A stretch of DNA of 63,404 nucleotides, the filler included, from Octopus bimaculoides (Eukaryota): the NCBI RefSeq assembly GCF_001194135.2. It is 4 parts of 4 records of this genome, joined end to end, with 100 filler letters (N's around TTAATTAATTAA, not from the genome) between each part and the next. Parts side by side here need not be neighbours in the genome. Positions count along the whole stretch, not along the records: positions 1 to 27,869 come from NC_068983.1; 3 more parts are not named here. One strand, given 5' to 3'. The notes under the pieces are model-generated. The model was not told where the DNA came from. It saw only the letters and a list, made by a program, of their open reading frames with translations, and did no database searches. The position numbers and the translations under genes are program-made. Below are positions 1 to 12,820 of the stretch, piece by piece; within the stretch, counting starts at the first letter, position 1; every line of letters begins with the position of its first letter.

Positions 1-75
1 GTTCCAGTTGATTAATGAGGTTGATATATTCCTCGGTAATCGCTGGCCTTGTGATAAAATTTGAAATCGATATTT
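1..75 (+). mobile_element. 3' tail of SINE family C
   Basis: gttccagttg...gctggccttgtgataaaatttgaaatcgat matches the 3' end of the family C copies at 33111-33553 and 20665-20876. Confidence 0.5.
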
Positions 76-123
76 GTACACGCATACACAAACACACATG
101 CACGCACGCACACCCACCCATAT

Positions 124-798
124 ACTTGTGTAGATTGAAAAGTTTCTCTTTCTAACATGTTATATTAAAAAGATGGCTATGATCGAGTTTTGCTTTTTTT
201 ATATTTAAGATTGATTGTTCGCATTTCCTTGTTAGTCCTTTATGTTCAGTTTGGCACATTGGCATTTCTGCATCCATTTGTCACTTAACGTTTGGAAACT
301 ATCTCAGTTTCATCCACAGAATAGAATGGTTGAGAATGGCTTGATTTTGTACACCTTACGTTTGGTCGCAAAGGATCATGGGACTATGTTTTTTCAACGC
401 CCGATTAAAAAATGATCTAATGGTTAAGCCTGGTAGTTTTCATGGATAATTTCGTGTACTTTGTATCATTGTGTTGACTTTTGGTTTATATGTTACTCTA
501 AGCGAAGCCTTCATAGATAGTTGTTTTATCTTTTGTGGACAGTTGTGTAGAATTGTATTGTTACGAACTATTAGCCTAGTATCGATTTATGCTGTATTGT
601 AATAGATTCTTGGAAATGCATAGTCAGAAAACAGGACGATGTTATATTTGTATGGCCAATGTAGCAGCTTGATTTATGAAGTTCATAATTTTTATATCTA
701 CATTGGAGTCTACATAAATTGGTAATTTAAACAATGTTATCTCGTTAGTTGGCTTGTGGTTTTGCGCTAACGAGATTTTCCTTCTAATGTTTTTGTAA
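124..798 (-). pseudogene. Highly degraded retroelement fragment, possibly Penelope-like
   Basis: Broken minus-strand frames give TLFKLPIYVD and IRSFFNRALKK, resembling the PLE LPY linker and RT thumb; many stops, weak similarity. Confidence 0.3.
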
Positions 799-800
799 TA

Positions 801-1973
801 CGAGAGTGACTCAAAAAGTAATGCCATTTTCTTTATTTCATATGAAGTCTTTGATAAAAATAACTGAAAATTTTCCCAGTTATAAATGATTATATCATTT
901 ATGTTCTGAAATATTTTGTTTCTTACTTTTCAGGTTTTTAGACTGGTAAGAAAAATTCAAAATGGTTTCCCCACTTAGAGTTATGTCAAAGACAAAGAGC
1001 GGTGATTGAATTTCTTGTTGCTGAGGGGGAACCCCCTGTGAACATTCACCGACGATTACAAAATGTCTTTGAGGACAATACTTTAGATTATAGCAATGTA
1101 TGCAGGTGGGTCCGTTGTCTGAAAGATGAAAAGGTGAGAACTGTGAGTGTAGCCGATAAACCTCGTTCTGGCCGTCCGTCCGCTTCTGTGAATCCTGCCA
1201 ATAAAGCAAAAGATGTTCTGATCAGAGATTATAGGCGCATAACTCTTGATGAGTTGGCAGAAAACCTTGAAATGAGCCATGGAAGTGCTTACAACACTGT
1301 CGAATCACTTGGCTTTTCAAAAGTGTGCCCGTTGGGTACCGAGAGAGCTGACTACTGAACGCAAGATTGACAGGGTCAATGCCTGCACTGAACTTCTCGA
1401 ACAAAGTCAAAGAGACAACGCCTTCTTTCGAAGGCTCGTAACAGGTCATGAAACATGGGTTCATCATTATGAACCGGAATCAAAGAGGCAGTCAATGGAA
1501 TGGCGCTACTGTACGTCACTACCACCGAAAATGTTCAAGATGCAAAAGTCAGCTGGAAAAATCCTTGCGACTCTGTTTTGGGATGCTCAAAGTGTCATTT
1601 TGGTCGATTTCTTGCCAAAAGGAAAAACAATAAACTCTGAGGCCTACATTGAGACCCTGACGAGGCTCAAAGCAAGAATCCGATGAGTAAGACCCAACGA
1701 CAGTGTCCTTCTTCTGCAAACATTATTCCAGTGACGAGGAAGTGAAAGCTGTAGTGAAAAAGTGGCTCATAGAACAGTCAACAGAATTTTATGGGGCAGG
1801 GATACATGCGCTCATTCGAAGGTGGAACATTGTTATTGAGAGAAACGGTGACTATGTTGAGAAGTAGGGATGTGATCCACAGAGGACCAGCTTCATTTTG
1901 ATGTATGATACATGTTCCTGTGTTGGTAATTATACCTGTCCTAAAAATAGCATTACTTTTTGACTCATCCTTG
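801..1973 (+). mobile_element. mariner (DD34D-type) DNA transposon, internally deleted and frameshifted
   Basis: Imperfect TIRs cgagagtgactcaaaaagtaatgc (801-824) and gcattactttttgactcatccttg (1950-1973), TA on both sides. Transposase motifs WVPRELT, VTGHETWVHHYEPESKRQSMEW (catalytic D->H) and C-terminal IRRWNIVIERNGDYVEK. The DNARPH...SPDLAPSD segment is deleted near 1717. Confidence 0.93.
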
Positions 1974-2444
1974 TATACTGTAACAATATGGTGGCGAACT
2001 GACAGAGTCGTTACCGCGCCGTTTCTTCAGACTTCGCGCTTTGAGTTCAAATATCGCTGGAATCGACTTCCTTCAAGTATATAGCTTGAAGAAGGACAAC
2101 TTCCATGAAGCTGACAAGTTAAACATAAATCGATACGCATCTGTAAAAAAATGAAGAAAGGACATTTATTAACACCACTGAAATGAACTTCTCGACACTC
2201 AACTGTCACTCGCTCTTCACATAACACTACTTACCTTTAAATATATCTAAGTAATTCTCCCTACCCTTGATCCACGATGCTCACTGTATTTATTAATAAA
2301 TGCGTTTGTATGTGCGTGTATATACAAATATTTATGTGTGCGCATAATTCTGTGCACACATACTGAACTCATTCACATTTTCCCCTTTTTTGTTTTTCTT
2401 TTTGTGCTCATTTTATTCCTTTTTATACTTACTAATTCTTAGCT

Positions 2445-2827
2445 GTGGAGGCGCAATGGCCCAGTGGTTAGGGCAGCGGACTTTCGGCCGTAGAATCGCT
2501 GTTTCGATTCCCAGACCGGGCGTTGTGAGTGTTTATTGAGCGAAAACACCTAAAGCTCCACGAGGCTCCGGCAGGGGATGGTGGCGAACCCTGCTGTACT
2601 CTTTCACCACAACTTTCTCTCACTCTTACTTCCTGATTCTGTCGTGCTTGTAATTCAAAGGGTCAGCCATGTCACACTGAATATCCCCGAGAACTACGAT
2701 AAGGGTGCACGTGTCTGTGGAGTGCTCAGCCACTTGCACGTTAATTTCACGAGCAGGCTGTTCCGTTGATCGGATCAACTGGAACCCTCAACGTCGTCAG
2801 CGACGGAGTGCCAATAACAACAACAAC
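2445..2827 (+). mobile_element. tRNA-derived SINE family A, full length
   Basis: A-box tggcccagtgg, B-box gtttcgattcc, (CAA)n tail, 11-bp TSD aattcttagct at 2434-2444 and 2828-2838; second copy at 10600-11039. Confidence 0.9.
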
Positions 2828-3163
2828 AATTCTTAGCTATATATCATTTAGCTACTTCTCTTCTCTTTTCTTTTTGTTCTTTTCCGTATGCTTTTTTCTC
2901 TCTTCTTGTGAGCTAAATTTTGTAAGAATTCATATACTTTTGTATTTTTAATTATCTATTTTCTATATATGCTATAGAACTCATACTTCAATGTTTAAAA
3001 GTTGCTCTTTTTATATTACTGACACCCACAGCATGCTCCACAGGAAGAATTATTTGTCTAGAAACTTTTATCAATGCATTTATTACATAAATAAAGGAAG
3101 TACACTCAAAAAGAAATAGAGATGCAGAGTGACAACCAGAAAATTTCAGATAAATGCAGAGTA

Positions 3164-3572
3164 TAGGCGCAGGAGTGGCTGTGTGGTAAGTAGCTTGTTT
3201 ACCAACCACATGGTTCCGGGTTCAGTCCCACTGCGTGGCACCTTGGGCAAGTGTCTACTACTATAGCCTCGGGCCGACCAAAGCCTTGTGAGTGGATTTG
3301 GTAGACGGAAACTGAAAGAATCCCGTCGTATATATGTATATATATATATGTGCGTGTGTGTTTGTGTCTGTGTTTGTCCCCCCATCAACGTTTGACAAAC
3401 GATGGTGGTGTGTTTACGTCCCCGTAACTTAGCGGTTCGGCAAAAAGAGACCGATAGAATAAGTACTAGGCTTCCAAAGAATAAGTCCTGGGGTCGATTT
3501 GCTCGACTAAAAGGCGGTACTCCAGCATGGCCGCAGTCAAATGACTGAAACAAGTAAAAGAGTAAAAGAGTA
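3164..3572 (+). mobile_element. tRNA-derived SINE family B, full length
   Basis: Head ggcgcaggagtggctgtgtggtaag...ggttcagtccc, internal TA/TG microsatellite, (gtaaaaga)n tail; many copies in the window. Confidence 0.9.
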
Positions 3573-4378
3573 GTAACCAATTTAGCGGGGAAAATGATGT
3601 AGTTTCTTGAATGATTTTCTTCAGAAATTTCTCGAAGTCGCTTTGTTTCTTGGACATTTTGTTACTTTCATAGCGATCATTTGATTTTGAAGCGTATGCG
3701 TTTGCATAATTTGCTTCATAGAGAATCCTGGATTACGTACAAAGTAAGAAACAATCGTAACCATGGATGTTTGAGTTTTAGTCCATGACAACCTTTTCAA
3801 TTGATTCGTTTGTATGATATCGTACTATATCTCAATTTACAGTATTAACCCTCCTATAGATAAGCTCCTGATATGATAAAGTTAGGGATAATTAAATGTG
3901 CAAAACTGAAATCCAATCAGCGATCTCTTAATCTCCGAGACTATGGACACGGGGATTTTCTAAGGATGCTCTTTGTATTATCGTATTATCTTTTGTGTTC
4001 TGTCTTAATATTAATATCAAAATCCTCTTAATTATCAGAAATTAAATCATCAAATAAGAAAGAAAACATTTTCGACATGATCTCAAAACTGTTACGGATT
4101 TAACAAAAATCTATACATTGGTGGATACAAAGAGCCTCACCTCTAAATTGGCGTTAGGTACAGCGGAACACATTTCATCGTTGTTTGTTTTATAGAATTT
4201 TTATAGCTGCATCTGAAATACTGGATAATTTTTTGGTCTATCAGTTGTATAATAAAAGTGATTTTAGTGATAAATAACACGAAAAAATATTTTCTCGACT
4301 GTAAATTACTTAATCAAAAAGGTTCTTAATTACCAAGACATGAAGCACATTTGATATTCAGAGCATAAAGCCTTACTT

Positions 4379-5369
4379 GGATCTTTTCCTTTTGATCGGC
4401 AGGTCGATAAATTAATTTTTTTTTAAACTAAACACTTTCAAACTTCGGATGCTGGTAGAATGTGTCATATAGAAAATCTTTTATTCTTGGCGTTGTTGAG
4501 AAAAGTTTCTATTTACGAAGTTATTTCGTGTTAAAGTTGTCGTATTTCGGTAATTTCAACCATTCAATGACGTGTATTCAGCTGAATAAAATTACTGCTG
4601 TTGTTTGTCAACAAAAACTATCGGCGGAGTATATTTCATTTNNNNNNNNNNNNNNNNNNNNNNNNNNNNNNNNNNNNNNNNNNNNNNNNNNNNNNNNNNN
4701 NNNNNNNNNNNNNNNNNNNNNNNNNNNNNNNNNNNNNNNNNNNNNNNNNNNNNNNNNNNNNNNNNNNNNNNNNNNNNNNNNNNNNNNNNNNNNNNNNNNN
4801 NNNNNNNNNNNNNNNNNNNNNNNNNNNNNNNNNNNNNNNNNNNNNNNNNNNNNNNNNNNNNNNNNNNNNNNNNNNNNNNNNNNNNNNNNNNNNNNNNNNN
4901 NNNNNNNTTTGCGAGAAAATGGAGGGGATGGGGCGACGGGAGGAAGTCTTTCCGAAGATAGTAGCTGAAAAACAGGAAAAAACCCTAAAAGCAGTAGAAA
5001 TACACGAACGATTATAGTGGTGTCGTGAAGTAAACGTGCTTCATATACACTCGTTTATTCATACGAACGTAACTGAGATGAAATATGTCATAAATAACAG
5101 TGACAAACGAAATATACACCGCCGATAGTTGTTGTTGACAAACAACAGTAGTAACTTTATTCAGCTCAATAGACGTCATTGATTGGTTGAAATTACCGAA
5201 ATACGACAAATTTAACACGAAATAACTTCGTAAATAGAAATTTTTCTCAACAATGCTTAGAGTAAAAGATGTTCTATATGACACATTCTACCAGTATCCG
5301 AAGTTTGAAAGTGTTTAGTTAAAAAAATATAAATAATTTATCGACCTGCTGATCAAAAGGAAAAGATCC
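4379..5369. mobile_element. Non-autonomous foldback DNA transposon with long TIRs
   Basis: 4379-4641 is the reverse complement of about 5108-5369 (left arm runs into an N-gap). Termini GGATC...GATCC; flanks ccttactt / ccttaccg resemble an 8-bp TSD. Confidence 0.75.
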
Positions 5370-5389
5370 CCTTACCGCTATTACGAACT

Positions 5390-6040
5390 GTAGGAACGCA
5401 TTCGCCAGTGGAAGTGAAGAAGTTCTTATCCTCCAATACATTGCTTTGCATTTTATAAGAGACTTCAAGTGTCAGCTAGAACTTACTAATGTTGAGTTGG
5501 ACAAATATATTTTGTTTATTCTTGTGTTGGTCAAATATATTTCCGCGTGTAAGAACTGTCAATCATTTTTTATTGTGCTTGAAATCACTAACACTTTTGC
5601 TTTATTGGAACGTACAAATGTTTTGTACGTTAAGCCTTTCCAGTAAAGAGCAATTTCGTCGGTGTTGTATATTTGATCAGCTCTAAGATAATATTCCTTG
5701 ACAAGTTCATCAAATATCGCACTGTACGCTATAGCCGTTGTTAGTTTGCTGATTGTTTTTCACCAGCAATATCCAATTTTCTTATTGCATGACATCTTAA
5801 ATCTGGCCGTCAATCCAACCGTGAAAACAAATGAGGTCTCCAAATCTATTTTCTCTTTAAAATATTTGTTTCGAGTTCTTAATGCCGTATAAAGCCAACG
5901 ATTTGATGTTATATAATCTCTCATTAACACACTTCTACTTATGTCTCGTTCCATTTTCTTAATGATATCTAGTTTATCACAAACTTTAACGTTGTACTTT
6001 TGTTTCTTCTTCTTTGTAGTTTTCAGCATCGCGATAAGGT
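5390..6040 (-). pseudogene. Tigger/pogo-family transposase remnant (CENP-B-type HTH + start of DDE domain)
   Basis: Minus frames give KVCDKLDIIKKMERDISRSVLMRDY and ADQIYNTDEIALYWKGLTYKTF, matching the pogo/Tigger xFNxDETGLFWK motif; stops and frameshifts. Confidence 0.8.
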
Positions 6041-6149
6041 ATACCACAAACAATTTTTAAAATACAACACTAGGCGTTCCTTATGTGGTTTCCATGGCCT
6101 ACGACCTAAAAATGGCACCAGTGGACGTAAAGAAACATACACGTTGCCA

Positions 6150-6345
6150 ACAATTTTCTTTACACGTTTACCTGTTTCAGTCATTGGACTGCAACTGCAG
6201 GAGCATCGCTTTACAGGGTTTGTCGAACAAATCGGTGCCAGGACTTATTTTTTCAGTCTGGTACTTATTCTAACTGTCCGTTTTATCGAACCACAAAGGT
6301 AAGAGGATGCAAACAAAGCAACATCAGCTGTCCAGCGATGGGAGG
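6150..6345 (-). mobile_element. Degraded 3' half of SINE family B
   Basis: tttacctgtttcagtcattggactgc...aacaaagcaacatcagctgtc is the reverse complement of the family B 3' region. Confidence 0.65.
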
Positions 6346-6395
6346 ACAAATACAGGACACACACACACACATTTACACACACACCCACACATATT

Positions 6396-6912
6396 TGTGT
6401 CCGATTAGTATTTGAGAAGGGAAATCATCGTTCCCCTCTCTAGCCTTATGTTCCAATCGGTCACAGACAATGTGTCGTTAGCCAGCTGGAAGAGATGTCC
6501 TCCTGAGGCTATAAACAACAGTAGCATCGTCACCTATGGGTTCGCCACATATAGATGGTAAATATACTTCACGATTCCGTGCTGCTACTCTTTACATCTC
6601 GCTCAGAGATTTATTATTGCTTGTTTCTCCTTTTTCGAGATCAGCGATAGTTTGTCACTGGGAAAAGCATATAACATTTTGCGTTTGGAATGAGTTGTCA
6701 TCGCTAGCTGGTGGGTGATTGTCACACGCTGATGACGGGTTACTACCCAGAAACCCGGGTCCGTGTGCATCACGTCAGGCTAGAGATGGGAACGATGATT
6801 TTTTTTCGCAATACTAATCGGACACAGACAGTGTGTCGTTAGCCACCTGGAGATGTCCACCTGTGGCTATAAACAACAGTAACATTATCCCCTATGGATC
6901 CGCCACATTTAG
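6396..6912 (+). mobile_element. Non-coding HHR-bearing element (361-bp unit in partial tandem, with 5' inversion)
   Basis: Direct repeat 6455-6554 / 6816-6912; inverted repeat 6396-6446 / 6777-6826; intact HHR between them; no ORF. Confidence 0.75.
6715..6773 (+). ncRNA. Type I hammerhead ribozyme, intact core
   Basis: cacacg CTGATGA C GGGT tact ACCC A GAAA CCCGGG TC cgtgtg. 6-bp stem I, 4-bp stem II, palindromic stem III (ACCCGGGT), GUC site at 6759-6761, distal stem gtgat/atcac. Confidence 0.88.
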
Positions 6913-6956
6913 GTCGCAAATATACTATATATATATGTGTGTGTGTATGTGTGTTG

Positions 6957-6988
<32 letters not shown>

Positions 6989-7016
6989 CTGTCTGTCTGT
7001 CTGTATGTATATATAA

Positions 7017-7170
7017 ATAGGCGCAGGCGTGGCTGTATGGTAAGAAGCTTGCTTCTCAACCACATGGCTCCGGGTTCAATCCCACTGAGTGCACCTTAGG
7101 CTCTACCATAGCCTCGAGCCGACATAAGACTTGTCAGTGGATTTGGTAGACGAAAACTGAAAGAAGCCCG
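7017..7170 (+). mobile_element. SINE family B, 5' half
   Basis: Same head as 3164, followed by (TCTG)n/(TATG)n. Confidence 0.8.
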
Positions 7171-7176
7171 CGTGCG

Positions 7177-7210
<34 letters not shown>

Positions 7211-8007
7211 CCTGTCTGTCTGTCTGTCTGTATGTATGTATGTATGTATGTATGCATGCATGCATGCATGTATGTATGTATGTATGTATGTATAAGTACA
7301 CTGGGTTCTTTACCAAAAGATTTACCTAACAGCCTAGAAATGTTGAGGTTTTCCAGAATAAACAAGACTGTATGTATATATATNNNNNNNNNNNNNNNNN
7401 NNNNNNNNNNNNNNNNNNNNNNNNNNNNNNNNNNNNNNNNNNNNNNNNNNNNNNNNNNNNNNNNNNNNNNNNNNNNNNNNNNNNNNNNNNNNNNNNNNNN
7501 NNNNNNNNNNNNNNNNNNNNNNNNNNNNNNNNNNNNNNNNNNNNNNNNNNNNNNNNNNNNNNNNNNNNNNNNNNNNNNNNNNNNNNNNNNNNNNNNNNNN
7601 NNNNNNNNNNNNNNNNNNNNNNNNNNNNNNNNNNNNNNNNNNNNNNNNNNNNNNNNNNNNNNNNNNNNNNNNNNNNNNNNNNNNNNNNNNNNNNNNNNNN
7701 NNNNNNNNNNNNNNNNNNNNNNNNNNNNNNNNNNNNNNNNNNNNNNNNNNNNNNNNNNNNNNNNNNNNNNNNNNNNNNNNNNNNNNNNNNNNNNNNNNNN
7801 NNNNNNNNNNNNNNNNNNNNNNNNNNNNNNNNNNNNNNNNNNNNNNNNNNNNNNNNNNNNNNNNNNNNNNNNNNNNNNNNNNNNNNNNNNNNNNNNNNNN
7901 NNNNNNNNNNNNNNNNNNNNNNNNNNNNNNNNNNNNNNNNNNNNNNNNNNNNNNNNNNNNNNNNNNNNNNNNNNNNNNNNNNNNNNNNNNNNNNNNNNNN
8001 NNNNNNC

Positions 8008-8205
8008 CCCAACATCGCTTGACAACCGATGCTGGTGTGTTTACGTCCCTGTTACCTAGCGGTTCGGCATAAGAGAACGATAGAATAAGTACTAGGCTTT
8101 CAAAGAATAAGTCCTGGGGTCGATTTGCTCGACTAAAGGCGGTGCTCCAGCATGGCCACAATCAAAAGACTGAAACAAGTAAAAGAGTAAAAGAGAGTAA
8201 AGAGT
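8008..8205 (+). mobile_element. SINE family B, 3' half
   Basis: Matches 3385-3572; 5' side lost in an N-gap. Confidence 0.85.
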
Positions 8206-8392
8206 ATATATGTGTGTGTGTTTGAGTCAGTCTATCTACCTATCTATACACCCCCACCACACACACACAGTTATATAGTTATCTGCGCAACCAACTGATG
8301 GTAGGCGTTGCGTCTCGATCATTATACAAATAGATAGATAGATAGATAGATAGATTGATAGATATGTATATATATATAAAGATGTACACACA

Positions 8393-8454
<62 letters not shown>

Positions 8455-8901
8455 CATATATAAATAAATATATATATATATATATAAATACATATATAAA
8501 TATATATATATATGTGTGTGTATATATATATATGTATATATGCACATACATGGAGAGAACTATTGAGTTAATCCTAGTTATCTTATCGATTTCCCTTTTT
8601 TTTTATAAACACTCTGAGTTAACATTATTTGTTTATATTCACTAACTAGGCCTTTAGGTCACCGAAACAAATCTTTCATTCAAGCACCTCTCACTGAACC
8701 CCACCCAGTTCCACACACACACACATATACATATACATGTACATATATAAATATGGATATACGTGTGTATTGTTATATATACATACATATATATGTATGT
8801 GTGTACATATATATATAGACATATAAGACATTTAAATGTATTGTATATATATATCTATATATATATGGTAGTATATGTATGCATGTATGTATGTATGTAT
8901 A

Positions 8902-8952
<51 letters not shown>

Positions 8953-9379
8953 ATGTATAGAATTTCTTAATTTGTTTCCACACTTGCTTTAATTCCGAAG
9001 AGATTTTGGGTCTGCGCATCTCTTTCATCCTGCATAGATTTTTTTGCTAACAACATTATCTTCTTTTGTCTATGTTAGATCGATTAAATTGTATTTATAC
9101 AACATCAACCATTCTAAAAGTCTGAAGACATAATTATTTTAACATCTAAAGACAATGGCAACAACATAACTGCAGTAATTAAAAGATATACGCTTAATGA
9201 AAGGATAATAGCAAACTTCAAACCGTTTCGGATTAATTGTACTCGTACGTTTTATGCATTTGGTCTTAAATGTGTTTGTATGTGACATATGCATACATAC
9301 AAAAATACATGCATACATAGACACACACACACATACATACATGCATACATACATACATACATACATACATACATACATA

Positions 9380-9530
9380 CTACAGATCCAATCCATTATT
9401 GGAACTGTAAAAATCTCTAAAACTTTCCAGAAGTTTAAGTATATGAGCATGTCTAGATATGTAAGTATATGCATGAGAAGACATAAATAAAACAAAGCAT
9501 AAAAACTTGCACGTATACCTACGTACTTAG
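9380..9530 (+). mobile_element. 3' end fragment of an R4/Dong-type (REL) LINE
   Basis: LQIQSIIGTVKISKTF; 33-bp near-identity to the minus-strand copy at 9580-9612. Confidence 0.55.
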
Positions 9531-9569
9531 AAAATGCCCTGTTGTTGGTGTTGAAATTCCAATGACAAG

Positions 9570-9860
9570 TTTTAAAGGTTTTACAGTTCCAGTGATGGAT
9601 TGGAGCTGTAGTCTTCGAATTAACTTTTTCCTTTCTGATACTGAGAAGTCTAATTTCTCAAGATTGGTATTTAGGCAGTGTGTTACATATCCCAGGACCC
9701 CAATAATTATAGGTATAAACCTGAACTTGTAATCTTGATAGCGTAACTGCAGATTTCTCAATAGTTCAGCATAGGTGTTCGCTTCGCTTTTTCACTGATC
9801 TTCAGCTTTATGTTAACATCCGCTGGGCAGCTAATTTCAACAACTGTGCGCAGTTTCTCT
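9570..9860 (-). mobile_element. REL-endonuclease C-terminal fragment of an R4/Dong-type LINE
   Basis: RNLQLRYQDYKFRFIPIIIGVLGYVTHCLNTNLEKL...LQLQSITGTVK resembles the conserved xPxxIGxLG C-terminal motif of R2/R4-type LINEs. Confidence 0.7.
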
Positions 9861-10599
9861 TCTCTATTTTAAATCATTATATCAGGTCTGTTGTGCTTAT
9901 ATTTTATCGAGGTCTTCATTGGTACATTCCAACAGTATTCCTTTTCATTATGAGTGGCTATGCCTTCTACCATATTATGGGTCTTTATTTCTTTGTCCTC
10001 GGAATTATCTTTCCGACGGATTTCATTAGTGTCCTATTTATGTATGTATGTATGTATGTATGTATGTATGTATGTATGTATGTATGTATATATGTATGTA
10101 TGTATAAAGAGCGAGAGAGAGAGAGAGAGAGAGAGCAGAAGGGAGAGAAATAGTTGGATGGGTAGATAGATACATCGACCCATCAATCGATTGATCGATA
10201 GATGGATAGATAGATAGATAGATAGATATGTTTGTGTGTGCGTGTGTATACATTTATGTCAATATGTGTATGTGTGTGTGTGTGTTTGATGGTACTCATA
10301 TCTACAATTTTGTTTGGACATCTACGCCTTTGTCTATTCTCTCATTACTATATAAGGTTTCAACGCAGTTATCCTGCCCTTATGAATGTTTTGTCATAAT
10401 CAAAGCATTTTTTACCAGTTTTGCAAATATTGTTCTACAGAGCCGGTAACTGTATCACAAAATGATTCCTTACTCTCCTTTCTTTGGAATAAATTCATAT
10501 TTGTGACACTTTTACTGCGTGAATAAACGAATCCTTCTCCGCTTCTGAAATTTTGGTAATTTTTTTCTGAAGACAGTAGGTATGAATAAACACAGGTGT

Positions 10600-11039
10600 T
10601 GTTGGCACTTCGTCGGTTAGGACAACGTGGGTTCCAGTTGATCCGATCAACAGAACAGCCTGCTCGTGAAATTAACGTGCAAGTGGCTGAGCACTCCACA
10701 GACACGTGTACCNNNNNNNNNNTAACGTGCAAGTGGCTGAGCACTCCACAGACACGTGTACCCTTAACGTAGTTCTCGGGGAGATTCAGTGTGACACAGA
10801 GTGTGACATGGATAACCCTTTGAAATACAGGTACAACAGAAACAGGAAGAAAGAATGAGAGAAAGTTGTGGTGAAAGAGTACAGCAGGGTTCGCCACCAC
10901 CACCACCCCCTGCCGGATCCTCGTGGAGCTTTAGGTGCTTTTGCTCAATAAACACTGACAACGCCCTGTCTGGGAATCGAAACCGCGATCCTGCGACCGC
11001 GAGTCCGCTGCCCAAATCACTGGGTCATTGCGCCTCCAC
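10600..11039 (-). mobile_element. SINE family A, full length
   Basis: Reverse complement of 2445-2827; direct repeat cacaggtgt at both ends; small gap with duplicated flanks inside. Confidence 0.9.
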
Positions 11040-11443
11040 AGGTGTAAATCCCAACTAAAGGGTTAAAATATACCTTTTTTATGACATCACGCGACATAAA
11101 AACCATACAAAAAAATGCATATATAAATTGCTATAGGTACAAATTACTATATATATAAATGACTGTAGGTACAAATTTAACGTGATCTAAAGACGATAGC
11201 CACAATTACATATAAATGCTTATGGATACATAAGATATGTAATAACATTATGTAACCTATTGGTTATAGGTACAAATGATATTTTGTAACATGCTAAAGT
11301 AATTAGGCACACATACACACACACACATGCGAAGTTAAATATATGTCTGGTCATAGAGTGAACAATGGTTTCGCATCCATAAAGCGCTTAGCTTTATAGT
11401 GGCTTGTAGACTCCAATGTCCGCAAGCATATATCCTCTCTTCG

Positions 11444-11488
<45 letters not shown>

Positions 11489-12781
11489 GGTAAAGTTGAG
11501 TACAGATGTAAATGGCCTTTTCTTACACTAGAAGGCTATAATTACAAATTATATTTTGCAATAACATCATGTGACCGAATGATTTTAGATACAAACGAGA
11601 AATCTGGATGTAGAATTCCAAAGTTTCTTATTGGTTGTCCATATACATTTTCATTCTTATATATTTTAGAAGCAGCGTTAAAACATTCAAGACAACTTTA
11701 ACAAAAGCTCACGCATTTTATTCTTCGTCTTAGAAAAACAATGTCCGGTCTATTGTTCTTGCATTGCATTGACTTGTAATTAGGACATTCCATCGTTATT
11801 CTTTATTTGTATAGGTATGCATACATACCACATCGCTGTCAATTCTTATACGTCCACTTCCTGGGCTACCCACCCACCAAACTGCATTGTGTAGAGTTTT
11901 TGTTATGACATTATGCCTCCTAAGTAAATGATGGTATCTTTATGTATGTGGGTATATATTTATATGTGCATATGTGAGGATTTATGTATACATCACTGCA
12001 TGATTGTGAAAGAATGTGTGCGTCTGTTTCTTCGTATTTGTACGTGGGTGGAATTGGAAGACAGAAAAGGGAGAGGGAAGGCGAGAATACAGGAAAACGT
12101 TACTTAACGAGAAAAAAAAAGTTTAATTCTAGCGTGTCATTCTTAAGCAGTCAATATTGTTCAAGGGCCGCATTGAATCGCCTACCTATTTAACGATAGA
12201 AACAGAGGACAGTGTGTGTGTGAGTGAGTGTTTGTATACCTGTATGCACGTAGGTATTCGTATATATATAAATATATATANNNNNNNNNNNNNNNNNNNN
12301 NNNNNNNNNNNNNNNNNNNNNNNNNNNNNNNNNNNNNNNNNNNNNNNNNNNNNNNNNNNNNNNNNNNNNNNNNNNNNNNNNNNNNNNNNNNNNNNNNNNN
12401 NNNNNNNNNNNNNNNNNNNNNNNNNNNNNNNNNNNNNNNNNNNNNNNNNNNNNNNNNNNNNNNNNNNNNNNNNNNNNNNNNNNNNNNNNNNNNNNNNNNN
12501 NNNNNNNNNNNNNNNNNNNNNNNNNNNNNNNNNNNNNNNNNNNNNNNNNNNNNNNNNNNNNNNNNNNNNNNNNNNNNNNNNNNNNNNNNNNNNNNNNNNN
12601 NNNNNNNNNNNNNNNNNNNNNNNNNNNNNNNNNNNNNNNNNNNNNNNNNNNNNNNNNNNNNNNNNNNNNNNNNNNNNNNNNNNNNNNNNNNNNNNNNNNN
12701 NNNNNNNNNNNNNNNNNNNNNNNNNNNNNNNNNNNNNNNNNNNNNNNNNNNNNNNNNNNNNNNNNNNNNNNNNNNNNNNNN

Positions 12782-12820
<39 letters not shown>

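Noticed and set aside
7096-8161. Long ORF-track entries containing X runs (also about 12.2, 14.8, 18.2, 21.2, 42.1, 48.0 and 59.9 kb)
   Set aside because: They are open only because of Ns and dinucleotide repeats
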